Of a stretch of DNA of 64,000 nucleotides, positions 25,201-36,153 are shown one piece after another. This DNA comes from Botryllus schlosseri (lineage: Eukaryota). The position numbers and the translations under genes are program-made. Positions within the stretch are counted from its first letter, which is position 1; every line of letters begins with the position of its first letter. Location of the stretch: NCBI GenBank assembly GCA_051294905.1, contig CM119371.1, positions 27,590,001 through 27,654,000 on the forward strand, written 5' to 3'. The notes beneath the pieces were generated by a model. The model worked only from the letters and a program-made list of their open reading frames with translations, was not told the origin of the DNA and ran no database searches.

Positions 25201-26114
25201 TTCAATAAGCATATTCGGAATTTCAGGACTTCCTCACCGAGCTGTCATCAGTGTGGGCAGAACCGCTTAACATAAACTGCAGCTGGCCGAAGCAACATCG
25301 CGGAAAAAACCTGCTCACCGTAATCCACCACCTCCGCGATCTCGGATGCAGTGACACGCACTACAAACCCGTACAGCGCCAGTGCGACGTTTCCGCTCCT
25401 CCGCCAAGCAGAGAGACCGAAGTTTATAACTTCACGCCCGGATTGACCAGCACCACCGAGGCGGCACCGGAAACAAATTCTTATAAAACTGACAACGATA
25501 AACAGCCTGATTTGGCCGCACTGTCGGGTGGACGCAACAACGACACCAAGACACCGACACCGATAGAATCTGATTTGTGGTCAATAGTAGGAATACTTGT
25601 CGCTGGCGGTCTCGTGTTGGTGATCTTAGTGATATCAGCAGTGTACTTCTTTTATCGCTGTAGTAAAAAAACAGAAAAGTCCAAAAAGCAGTGTGATGAC
25701 ATCGAGTCTCCAGGCGACAGCAGACATGAAGGCACTGAAGTTCCAAACGTCCCAAGACGGACATCTAGCAACAGCACCACCATTACTCGTGTCAGTGTCG
25801 ACGGCGATTCATCGAATGAAAACGTAACAGCGCCAACTCAAGCGCAGGGTGACCTAACAAGTTCACTGTCAAACTCGGCAAGGTGTACCGTGTCGCGTTG
25901 TTCCCCAAGTGAGGTGGACGTTAGCACAGACGACGGGCTTACTCTTTCTACGACAAATACATATTCGTCCTCGGAAATATCAAGGCAAACATCTGCGGAC
26001 TCCGGGCGTGGCAACACCATACCAAAAGAATTAAGGACTGGGCATGCTGGGGACGTTTCGCTTTTAACGCGATGCGATCCGATAGGCGGGAATGTTTCTA
26101 GTGGTGTCCAATGA
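15829..26114 (+). CDS. LRR single-pass transmembrane receptor, paralog 1 (9 coding exons, 683 aa; signal peptide, LRR-NT, 12 LRRs, LRR-CT, stalk, TM, Ser/Thr-rich tail, no TIR)
   Basis: Exons 15829-15923, 16957-17138, 20047-20202, 20583-20759, 22325-22503, 22588-22679, 23198-23332, 24514-24661, 25227-26114. All introns are GT(A/G)AG...YAG, phases are compatible (2,1,1,1,0,2,2,0), and the total of 2052 nt is open. The spliced product keeps an exact 24-aa LxxLxLxxNxL period across every junction (e.g. KLRALDLSGNRI, RLEYLNLINNRI, NLERLHLDGNEL). It begins MNSCDQFRLLSIFIVLHLWVARALA and contains GNEWKCDC (LRR-CT) and a TM segment LWSIVGILVAGGLVLVILVISAVYFFY. The same structure is present in paralog 2. 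Confidence 0.93.
16088..16544. mobile_element. hAT(Buster-like) MITE in intron 1 of paralog 1
   Basis: TIR CAGCGGTTCCCAACCT / AGGTTGGGAACCACTG (15/16); TSD ATGAGGAG / ATGTAGAG (6/8); empty site ATGCTGAG in unit 2 (~42147). Confidence 0.88.
17911..18022. mobile_element. Terminal fragment of a TIR element with TACTT/AAGTA subterminal repeats
   Basis: GGAGGTGGTCAGTAACGAAGTAC; its reverse complement occurs at ~59861-59886; no TSD could be identified. Confidence 0.35.
18416..18955. mobile_element. hAT(Buster-like) MITE in intron 2 of paralog 1
   Basis: TIR CAGCGGTTCTCAAC / GTGGAGAACCACTG (12/14); TSD CCCTAGGC / CCCTGGGC (7/8); absent in unit 2; contains CCGGAGCCGGATC repeats that may belong to another family. 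Confidence 0.87.
21016..22215 (+). mobile_element. 5'-truncated CR1/L2-like LINE (RT fragment) in intron 4 of paralog 1
   Basis: RT motifs VPQGSVLVP and LFADDTHLF; frameshifted C-terminus YSGPIIWNALP; AATAAA followed by a (CT)n tail; TCGGA duplicated on both sides (21011-21015, 22216-22220); absent from paralog 2 intron 4. Confidence 0.9.
22191..22217. repeat. (CT)13 microsatellite forming the LINE tail
   Basis: Direct reading. Confidence 0.95.
23649..24130. mobile_element. Mutator/Foldback-like non-autonomous element in intron 7 of paralog 1
   Basis: Arrays of 15-16-nt units (ATTACCGAGAATG core) on the left and the inverted array (CATTCTCGGTAAT) on the right; GG...CC termini; perfect 9-bp TSD CTAATAAAC (23640-23648, 24131-24139); absent in unit 2. 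Confidence 0.88.
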
Positions 26115-27898
26115 AACCGTATCATTGCCGGTATTGCTTATACATCAGAATCGTGACGCAGTCCGGGTCGCCTCGAGACACTGCCGTAACATCGGTCAGT
26201 GAAGCTGCGGAGATAAAATAACACGTGCAGCATCAACTCTGTCGATCGTGAGCTTTAGGATGTATGCAACTGTCGATACAAAAGCCTTAGCGGTCGACTC
26301 GAGCCTACGCAAACGTTTGCGCGATCCATTATAAATGGGGACAAGCTTCGCACGATACACAAGTTCTAACATGACGTGCCAAATATGTTATCAAGACCAA
26401 CCACTTTGGTATTTTTTAAACGGACAGAACCATCAAGTTCAATAATCTCATCATTACGTTTTATTCAGTTCCGTACAGGTAACTATTGCTTGTCATTTTC
26501 GTAACATATTGGCTCGTGCGATCGATGCACTGGGCGCTAAATGCATCTGCTTAGCGTCACGAAAGTTGACCATGAATAGGTCATCGTTTCTTGTTTGAAC
26601 ATTTCAAACAAGCTGAGCTTTCATCCATCTGCTTTATTTATCTTATATTTGCATCCATACATCTCTCAGTGTTACATAGGGTGCAACACGGACTGCCATC
26701 GAGTGCGTCTTCCCGTGCATGTTTATACTCTATTTTCCGTTCTCAAATATTGAAGCTAAAGTACAGTTGCCTTAAAGAAGCATTGAGACACGCGCCAATC
26801 TTTTGAAATTCCAAATTTTGATCTGCAATGCCCAATGGACAGCCATATACTGCATTGCACTGTTTCAATGGTTCCATCACTCGCTCTTCAGTAGCGCTTA
26901 TCATGCGCCCATTTGTTGACAAGCGATGTTAGATATCGTGAGTATACCTTAGATGGCATTACAACAACATTATTATATGTGTGTAGTAAGCTTATCAGTA
27001 TACGAAGTTGATATTTTAATACGTGCTTGATCACATCATATTACCTACTTATACATCAGTTAATTGGCTGCAAGTTCGTCTCAAACTATTCAATACGCGT
27101 TGTTCCAAAACCGAACTCGGTCAACCCTTTTATTATGCAACTGAATGAGTAGTACAAACTGTTCACATATATACGCATACAATTCCTGACTATAGTTTGA
27201 TGTCGAATCTCATCTATGCACGTGCTCGTCGATATATACGATATTACCGTAATGCTTGATAGAGCCACGCGAAAAACTTATTACTTGTACATAGTGATGT
27301 TTCCATTTCATTCGTATGTCTCTGTCTTAGCGCCAACGTAAAGGGGGCTTAAATCGTATGCTATTGACTTGAACAATTTTAATATTTTTCTCTTACATTT
27401 ACACCTCGAAAGTAACGCGGCTTAGCCAAACACTTGTGACTCGCTATTTAGTATTTTCATCGCATGTCTTGCTTTGCAAAAATATAAGTATTCTCATTGA
27501 AATCAATGCCGGTATCAACCGAGGCTACACAAAACTTTATTTTATGGAGGTTGAAAGGTTAAAATTAGGGTCAGGCAACACCAAATACATTGTTTGTGAT
27601 ATTCATGGTGCCTTTAGACTACTATGGTCATTTATACCAGGCCGAAAATATTAATTATCATTCCGTAGCTGCCGCATTATAGCACGGTCCTTATCTGGGC
27701 TTTTTTAGACACTATACTTACGCAGATCAGGCAAGGAGGAGAATAGATTGACCATTACCACTTGGGAAGGGATTCTGGAGTGTTGTTCGAACCCACAACT
27801 AACTGATGTTGTAGCTGTGGATCATACCACTCCCATGTCCACATCTTATGATCTCGAATACCAACTTGGCCATCATATCACAAGGCCTCACATATGAC

Positions 27899-28082
27899 CA
27901 ATGTTCCCTCTAAGCTGCGCACGTTCGCAATGCTCACACGGTGTCTGCGCAGAGAAAATCGAAGTTGCGCACAAAAAATCTGAAGTGATGACCTTTTTTA
28001 GTCGTTACGTACTGTTGTTCAAGGGTCTGCGCAGTGAGTTGGTGAGTGTGCGCAGCCTCGTCAAAAATTAGAGGGAACATTG
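27899..28082. mobile_element. 184-bp hAT-type MITE
   Basis: Perfect 15-bp TIR CAATGTTCCCTCTAA; TSD CATATGAC / CCCATGAC (6/8). Confidence 0.85.
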
Positions 28083-28213
28083 CCCATGACTAATGTTGGC
28101 ATACCTATGTTTGCATATACATGACTAGTTCGATTTCGAGTGGAGAATTAGCGTTCGGGTAAAATTGTGTATTTCAAGTGTGTTTCATTTAGAAGACGTC
28201 ACACATTTTAAAG

Positions 28214-28560
28214 TAGGGTTATACCATATACGTCCTCCTATTTCAGGTTTTTGAAAATGTCCTCCAAGGACGCCTAAATATCCTACTTTTTGGCAATTCG
28301 TCCTCATTTACAGCTTTTGCAGCAAGGATAATGGACAGGTTCGACTGAAATAGGCATATATGACGCTAATTAGCTAATACGGACGTTCGAGCTGCATGGT
28401 CATTCAGGAGTTTATTGAAAGTGACGACCTTTTTATAGTCAACTCCACAAATTTTCCAGCAAAAATAGCAGAATCGGCTGTGATAAGTCATGATCTACTA
28501 ACTTTTCCGATTTAGTAAAAGTGCCCTCCTTTCCCAATTCCAAAATATATGGTAACCCTA
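28214..28560. mobile_element. hAT-type MITE family Z
   Basis: Ends TAGGGTTATACCATA / TATGGTAACCCTA; both ends align in reverse orientation with 61893-62312; missing at the equivalent site near 52955. Confidence 0.78.
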
Positions 28561-29502
28561 CATTGAAGACTCACCGAACCGAATGCATAAAACACCTTTC
28601 ATGTGACTACCACCAAGTGTTACATGTAATATTTGATACAGAACATGAAATATGTGGTTTCGCAGTCTAAAACGACGATACAGGAATGCTGTTATCTGTT
28701 ATAATGATGCCGATTGTCGGACCATCCGGAAATTGTGTGTCCGTGAAAAAGTTCTCGCTTCGGATCGTTCCATCCAGTATCGAGATCAGAAACGTGGACA
28801 CTGGACATATCACTCTTGCCCACCAATATATTGTGAAGATCTGTGTTGCAGGGTTGCGCCACATTAATTCTACGCTGATGTCGTAATATGGTAGCGTTAG
28901 TCAATTCTCACTCATAGCGAGTATGTGGGACTGTGGAATATTGCTATCATGTTTTAACTCCTTAAATTTGAAAGGAAAATTCTGTAGGCTAAATATACAC
29001 CATCTTATAAGTTGGAGTAATTAGAATAGCAGTACACAATGTCCGTTTGGGATACGGGGCATTTTGGTAATCTTTTATCCACACCGGAACTGTGGGGTGC
29101 AGTGATGCTTAAGGTTAATTCGCGCGCGTATCTATCCTACGGTAAGATTTTTTGTTATATGTTTCGTATATCTATACCACATCGACGAACGAAAATGCAG
29201 TATCTGGTAAGCGCCCATGCGGTTGGTTGCACAACTACAATCAAAGAATTATGTGAGAAAAAGGTAAACGGAAAGCCCCAAGTCGTTCAGCCTAATCTAT
29301 GCTTGTTAGTGTTGCCCTGGTCACCGGAATTTGGTTGATAACGACAGGTGCAATCAACCGTTAGAATAATTGAGATTCCTCAAAAGTGTCATAAATCAGC
29401 GGGTGCAAAGGTTTTGCAGCAACGAGCTGGATTCAAAGATATTATAAGGAATACGAAAATAGATCATCGATACCTGATGTCTGTAGCGACATACGTATAC
29501 AC

Positions 29503-30513
29503 TAAGGATGGTGTGAACGTGAGGTTCACGTTGGTGTTCTGTATGTGAACCTCAGAAATTTAGAGATTCACGTTCACAAACGAACCTTGGTAGGTTCTGC
29601 ACTGTGAACCTTTTTGATATAGGCTACTACAGTTTTCACTTCATTATAACATCTTTGGTCGAAATTTATCGCATTTTAACTGTGGGCCACTGTATATCGC
29701 TAGCAGCATAAAATATCAACACTAAAAGAGCATGTACCTTAAAAATTTTACTTGCTTTGTTACAAAAAATTACTCGAAATATCCGGCTTTCCGTTTGTGA
29801 ATATTTAGTGACTCTGTGCTGTGAGCTTGACCCACAATCATACAACATCAATAGCGAAATACACTGCTTGTAGTTAGTCAGCGTTTGATGCTTATTAAAC
29901 CAATCAATGAAATTGATATCGTTGTCTGATGTAAAAAAAATCTAGCAGGCATACGGGGTAAATCTTGACTTCGTATGTTTATTGTATCATTAAATCAAAT
30001 CCGTGCGATTGGCTATACTGTTGTATAAGTTGTTAATGGGGTAATGTCGGTAGCAAGTATAGAAAGCCATTTTACACTCTACTCAATATCAACGTGGCAA
30101 TACTCGGACGCCGGATACATTGTCCTGTCTGGCCTAGACCGTTAAGGCGTAAGCTTTTATTCCATTGCATTGCAAGTATATAGGCATACTCGTTGAAATT
30201 GTTGGTAAATCTACGGAAGAAAGTGATTTTATGGGATTATTGTTATGTCATTTGATTGCCCCAGTTGATACAATTGATGACGTTAAAAACGTCAATCGTA
30301 CTTAAGTATTGTGGCATTATGTGGTCCGAGTTGTCGCTGGGTATCGTGCACATTAATATAGGTTATCATTTTACTGAAATGTAGGTTTGAAATTAGCAAA
30401 ATAACATCACGTGACGTCATGAGGTTCACGTCAACGTTTGCGTTCACACAGAACCTTTCAAATCGGTTCGCGTCACACGAACATGTACCTTTCAGAGGTT
30501 CACACCATCCCTA
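29503..30513. mobile_element. MITE family X, uninterrupted counterpart of 1169-5685
   Basis: TIR TAAGGATGGTGTGAAC / GTTCACACCATCCCTA; same flanks as the unit 1 copy. Confidence 0.9.
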
Positions 30514-30634
30514 GATACGCTCGGGGCTACGGTGTCATACTGGGGGAATCACTGTGACTTGACGTCAGTGCGGTAAAGCTGTATTGCGCTTCAGAAAAAA
30601 AAGTCGACTTCTCGTATACTTGAGGAAACAACCA

Positions 30635-30825
30635 AAGATGGTGCGACTGCGAGGTTCGCGTTCACGTTGTGTGTACATACCTCAGAAATATGGAGTGTCG
30701 CATTCGCAAACAAACATTGGTAGGTCTTATACTGTGAACGTTTTCCATATATTAATATATGTTTGTGTCGTTGAAATTATTTTCATTTCAATTTCGGACC
30801 ACACTCTGTATGGCGTTGGCGCCTA
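30635..30825. mobile_element. Older, diverged relative of family X (5' part; counterpart ~5805-5895)
   Basis: GATGGTGCGACTGCGAGGTTCGCGTTCACG...CCTCAGAAAT...ACTGTGAACGTTTTCCATAT resembles the left end of family X. Confidence 0.5.
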
Positions 30826-31765
30826 ATAGTCCCGCGACCACAGGCAACACACACGAATACAGTTAGATTCGTATCAGGATTAATTCGTAAAATAATGAAA
30901 TCAGTGGGCCTGATTAGCGGTCATCCTCATTCACAAACGGTGTTCTGTAAAAAAAACGCTCCAAAAATACCCCGCTCGTACTTCCAGATTCCAAATTTCG
31001 CGTCATTTGTGGCGTTTTATGGTTGTACCCGTATACTCGCCTGGCCGTATACTGGGAGGACATTTTCTACTTTCTGAAAAAAGAGGACGAATCCTTTTAA
31101 AGGAGGACGTACGGTAACTCTAGAAAACATACGCCCTGCTGAGGCGGAGCAGTTGCTAGCGAAGCACAGCAAGGCAATTTAACCAAGCCACAGAGTGCTC
31201 AGGATACATCCTGATATTAACTCATACGCACGACAGCATGTGTTAACAATGTAATTCACTGTTTTCAATTCATAAACAGAAATGCATGCCGCAAAATAAC
31301 TCCAGTCTGAACTTGGGCCCGTAAACGTATATTCTGCTTCACATTTGGCCCGCCAAGAAAAATAATTTCCCCATCTTGAACTACATTGACATAAAGAATG
31401 CATCTCTGTCTAATGTAAAAAGTCTAGCAGGAGTAGGGGATCTATCTTGAATTGGTATGGTTACTGTATCATAAAACCAGATCCGGCAGATTTGCAATAT
31501 CCTTAGCAAGTATACATAAAGAAACTTTTTTTCGCTTCAATCAGCACCAATGTAGCTATGGTCTGACCCCTCATGAATACATTATTGTCCGGTTTAACCT
31601 AGGCCGTCAATGTGAAATCTTATATTATATTCCATTTCGAGTCTTCGTCGAAATTATTTGCAAAAGTATAGTATCGTAAAACCGACCCGCGCGCTCCCAT
31701 TTCAAATACAATGTCAATAAATATGCTTCGAATACTGAATACTTTCTGGAATGTGACGTAGGCAA

Positions 31766-32385
31766 GCAGTCACGTTTGAAGCTCCAATACTAGTCGACCA
31801 TCATATGTGCTGCCCACCCGCCCTGTTATACCTCTCCTTCATGACCTTACTGTTCTGGTGGAACCTTTATCCCTGCTCTTCAACTATATGTAAACTACAG
31901 ACCGCCAAGGTTTGCAGGAAAACGATCTAAGTGGCTGAAGAAATAGTGAACCTTGATACTCATATTCACACATGAATCTTTCAAGCTGGAAAAGTGGAAA
32001 ACATATCTTCCAGCAATTATTGGTATTTTTCAGCTTTTCGGTTACCAAGAAAATTCCGTATGACTAAAACATACGAACACACACTAGACACAGTTTTTGT
32101 GAGTTTGTGGATTTGCCGGTCATCAAAAATGCCTGCATTTCGATGGTCAAAGCATGGAATGTTCCGCGAGTAGTTGAAGCAATCCCAAGTTGCAGGCAAG
32201 GCTTTCACCAACTGCTTCATCAAACCAAGTTTTATGTGCATCGGTGGAATGATGATATTCTCTCTAGCAACTAAAGGTTCAATTATGATGTTACCTTCAC
32301 CTACTCTCATGAAATCTCTAGGTGACCACCCTTTCTTCCAAGAATTACAAGAAATAGTTCTGGAAATCCCTGCCTTCTTCACCCG
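31766..32385 (-). pseudogene. Decayed Chapaev3/CMC-like transposase, duplicate copy
   Basis: Paralog of 8112-8715 (PPMHIKLGLMKQLVKAL, NFLGNRKAEKYQ) with different disruptions. Confidence 0.7.
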
Positions 32386-34792
32386 GTGCTCAGTGTGCGC
32401 TCGGCTATCCCACATACAGATAAATGGCCAAATGTGACCGGCGAGGTTATTCTCGAAATTTGTTATATTTTCAAAAAAATATTCACCACGCAGGTCATTT
32501 ATTTATGAACCGTCAAAGCCAACCAAAAATTCAATCATCCTGACCGCTAAATTCGGGATGTTAACGACGCATTGACATAGCCAGGGGTCAGCCACATGCT
32601 TTGTAATTCTTCGTGTATGACCATAAAGTACAATGTTTCGCGGCGGATACATTTGACTTGAATTTTTTCTTAGCGCGATTTCTTGCCATTCTATTTCTTG
32701 CGTTTATTGCTGGTACACATTCCTGAAATGTAAAAATTGAAATACATTCAATCTAAAGAAATGAGTCTAACTATATTTGCACATGTCGTTCAACATGCGA
32801 ATTCGTGTCTGCACTCGCAGAATGATCGTCGGCGATGAAACCTTTGCACAAAATTATAAACGCATGTTCACCGAAATCTTCGATATTGATAAGTCCATTG
32901 TCCATGTCCAAACGCCGAATAATCCTATCTTTGCCAAATGAGCCCAGCGATATACAGAGGCTGCCCGCCCTGTTTCATTCAAAAACTTTAAAAAAAATCG
33001 CGCCTCACGAGGCTAGGTGTTTTCATGACATAGTTGTTACCGGTATTGATGCGTAGTAAGAGAAGTCTTGTTTTCACCGTTACCTAATCTGGCTCACTCC
33101 TGTCGGACGATTAAAAATAGTCATCAACATTCAAGTGGCCCACGAAATGGTTCGTAAAGCTAATGTGGCCCTTTGGTCGAAAATTTCGGCCACCCCTGGT
33201 ATAAACTCTCAGGCATTCGGATACCAAAGTAGTACTCATGTCGTATTGGTACGTTTTAGTGGCCACAAGGACAGTGTTGCCAACTGCAAGTTATGCAAAC
33301 TAATATCGTGGTCATGGACCATGACTTTTTGGCAGCGCTTTGTGGAAAATATTTTTCGAATCTTGGATACGGCCAGCCGAACTTTCGAGGCCTCAGCGAT
33401 GGCAAATTAGTATTGAAACATTTTTACACATTATTGTTGGAAAGAAGTCGTATATTTTTGTTGAACGGAAATATTTACTCGGGTCTCGAATCATCATAAT
33501 GTATATACTCGGATCTGATTGGAACAAGGTTTCAAATCAAAACTATTATTTTGAAAGAGGTTTTAAATGAAAACTATCTGTCTGGTTCGTGTTATTTACG
33601 CATGTCATATAATAAAGTGTTATTTGGTTACGAAATCGGAAATTACAAATTCAACATTGCGCAAATTTTGATTTATCATCTATCTTACGATATGATTGTT
33701 CGCGAGACAAATACGACATAATTTGTTAAATAATATTTTTTGCTTTATCACGACAAAATACGGGATCAAGAACGTACTGTGCTTAACAACTGTCATTTTA
33801 CAAGGTTTTTCATGACCGCTGTTATTTGGCATTTTGTCGTTTGATATTGCGTCGCAAGATAGTTTCAGACCAAATTCTCCATTCACAATATATGTGATAC
33901 TTCAACATCCCGTAGTGACAGTAATTTATAATTAAATACTATATTCATATTGCAATGAATCCATATATTTTTGGCTGACACTTGTCAGGGGTAATCGTCA
34001 ACATCTAGTAGATAATCCAATCCATTTCAATCTGATCAAGCTCTGTACCTCAAAGACACTCTTCAAATATGGCGGTAATTTGAACAACGCAATATCTCTT
34101 CACAAGCTGCCAGTGAACCTGAATTAATTCCTTGGTGTCAGTATTTGGCAGCAATGCATGGCGACGCAGAAGTGCCGTACACAATGAGTGTATCCGTATA
34201 CACAGACTTGTAAATCGTACGAATTTTGCCACGATCGTTGATAACACCCATAAAATTATATTACCACGTGATCTTCGATTGAATATCTTTCCATCACAAC
34301 AGCACATCACGTTTATTATAATCAGTATGCCAGCGCCCACACCTATAGCGTATCAGCAAAATGTTTTAAATATCATTGGTCAAAATCTGTATATTGAATC
34401 ATGCTGATTTAGTGCTGGGACGACAAAGCATGAGTGGACCATTAAATTTCATTACTCTAGTAGACTACGAGTCTAACGCCGCTTCAATGAGGCTTCTTTG
34501 TTTCTGCTTATGTGATACAAGCATTTGCCAACCTAAAAATAAATGACGTTGTCTGTCTGACACACGAACGAAGTCGCTTTTACATTGAAAAATCGTACTC
34601 AATGCGTTTACAACTGTGCAACATTCGATTGGTGAAGGGTTGTATGTAGAATGTGCTTCTCTCTGCTCTGTATAGATTTAGAATTAATGTTTCTCGAGAA
34701 GTGAATTACGATGAGGAAATTCAAATGGAAACTTGAACTCATTGTCATCTGTTGTCCTCGTTCGATCATGGTGTTTGCTCGTGATATGGAAA

Positions 34793-34833
34793 GACATATC
34801 ACGAGACATATCACGAGACATATCACGAGACAT
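34793..34833. repeat. 12-bp tandem repeat (GACATATCACGA) x3.4, unit 2 only
   Basis: Direct reading; not present at ~11185. Confidence 0.85.
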
Positions 34834-35391
34834 TCCTAACCCCGCTATTAGTTTTGGGTATGGCTGTGAAAGTGGGGTCACCAACAGATCCATCAATGAT
34901 CAGTAACTACCACCTAACTGTCACCATTCTTCGGAAGTGAGACAGGATGTGTATTAATTTTTAGACAAACTGCGACACCAGGGATTATTTTTAGGGGGGG
35001 GTAAATTATTTCACTTATTCACTATTTCAGGGTAGGGCGTATTTTGAGAACATAATCGAAATTCAGGATATGCTTTATCTTAGAACAAGTACACATACTA
35101 CTGTCTATGATATAGAAAAGATATTATAGAGAAACGAATATTGCATAAATGCTGTTCAGTTCCGAAATGTTTACGGCGTTGAACATCAAGCAGTTACATA
35201 ACAGCTTCCAGTTGCCGCTGAAAGCTCAATGCAGTCGTACATTGTACTCAAGTTACTTGATGTCGCGTATTTTGACAAGGTCAATATCATCACTATGTCC
35301 AGCTGCAGTAATTTGAATATGTGTTGGATGAGATTTTGTTGTCTGATTTCCAATTGAGCATCTGCACTCTAGGAACGTAGTCCGTATAAGG

Positions 35392-36153
35392 AAGTAATTC
35401 CCAAAGTGGGCGCCAGTGGCCCCCTGGGGGCGTTGGAGAGCGTCAAGGGGGCGCTGGACATGAAATGGGCGGTTTGGGTGGGCTGGCTATAGAAGTGGGC
35501 GGTTGGGTATAGCATTGAACCCCAACTGCTTTATAATGCTGGGAATAATGATAAATAAAACTGGCCAATCGCAGTAACAGAATGAAATATCGATTTAGTC
35601 AGGATAGTTTACGGTCGATCCCGGCGTAGGTGTTTTCAACACCAATCAGTAAATGTGCCTGAAAAGTCAGTTGTTATTGACAATGCTAATCCTGTCCGTC
35701 GATGGACATATCCGGCAGTCGGCTGAATCCCCAGAAAGCGTGTTAAATTTACTTCCAACCAGGCGTAGGGACGTTTGTTGCTGTCGTTGAATCAGATTGC
35801 TACTATGAGTTCCGCGAAACGGAAATGCAGACAATACAGCTCGAGCTACCTTCGGTATGGGTTTATTCCTGCGTCCGATTCAGAGCTTCAACCTATGTGT
35901 CTGCTGTGCAATAAAGTTTTCTCGAATGACGCAATGAAACCTTCCAGACTTTCGGATAATTTATAAAAAATCATCCTAGATAAAGCAGCCAAAGAATCAT
36001 CGTTTTTCAATCACTCTGGGACAATTTCAAAAAGCAAAGAACCATCGGCGCACTGTTTTCAAGCTCTCCCCAGAAAAGTGATGGGTTGCTTGCATCACAC
36101 AATTTATCTTTGATGACTGCAAAAAAAGGCCAACCTCACAATATCGGCTTATA
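35392..36153 (+). mobile_element. 5' fragment of a hAT Buster-family transposon with decayed transposase N-terminus, unit 2 only
   Basis: Left end (A)AGTAATTCCCAAAGTGGG. ORF from ~35807 reads MSSAKRKCRQYSSSYLRYGF...PMCLLCNKVFSNDAMKPSRL and, after a frameshift, LASHNLSLMTAKKGQPHNIG (cf. Buster/ZBED5-type ASYxxSLxIAKxGKPHTIGE). Confidence 0.82.

Larger units (their letters stand above)
1..28325 (+). repeat. Tandem segmental duplication, unit 1
   Basis: Position 1 (GGATAAGGGACAGGTTCGACTGAAATAGGC) recurs at 28326. Colinear similarity continues through the intergenic DNA, the LRR gene and its 3' flank, broken only by unit-specific insertions. Confidence 0.95.

Noticed and set aside
25432-26125. 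Minus-strand ORFs of 110 and 95 aa
   Set aside because: Antisense shadows of LRR exon 9.
28214-31122. Inverted family Z ends that could define one 2.9-kb element
   Set aside because: 28214 pairs with 28560 as a complete MITE, and the outer flanks share no TSD.
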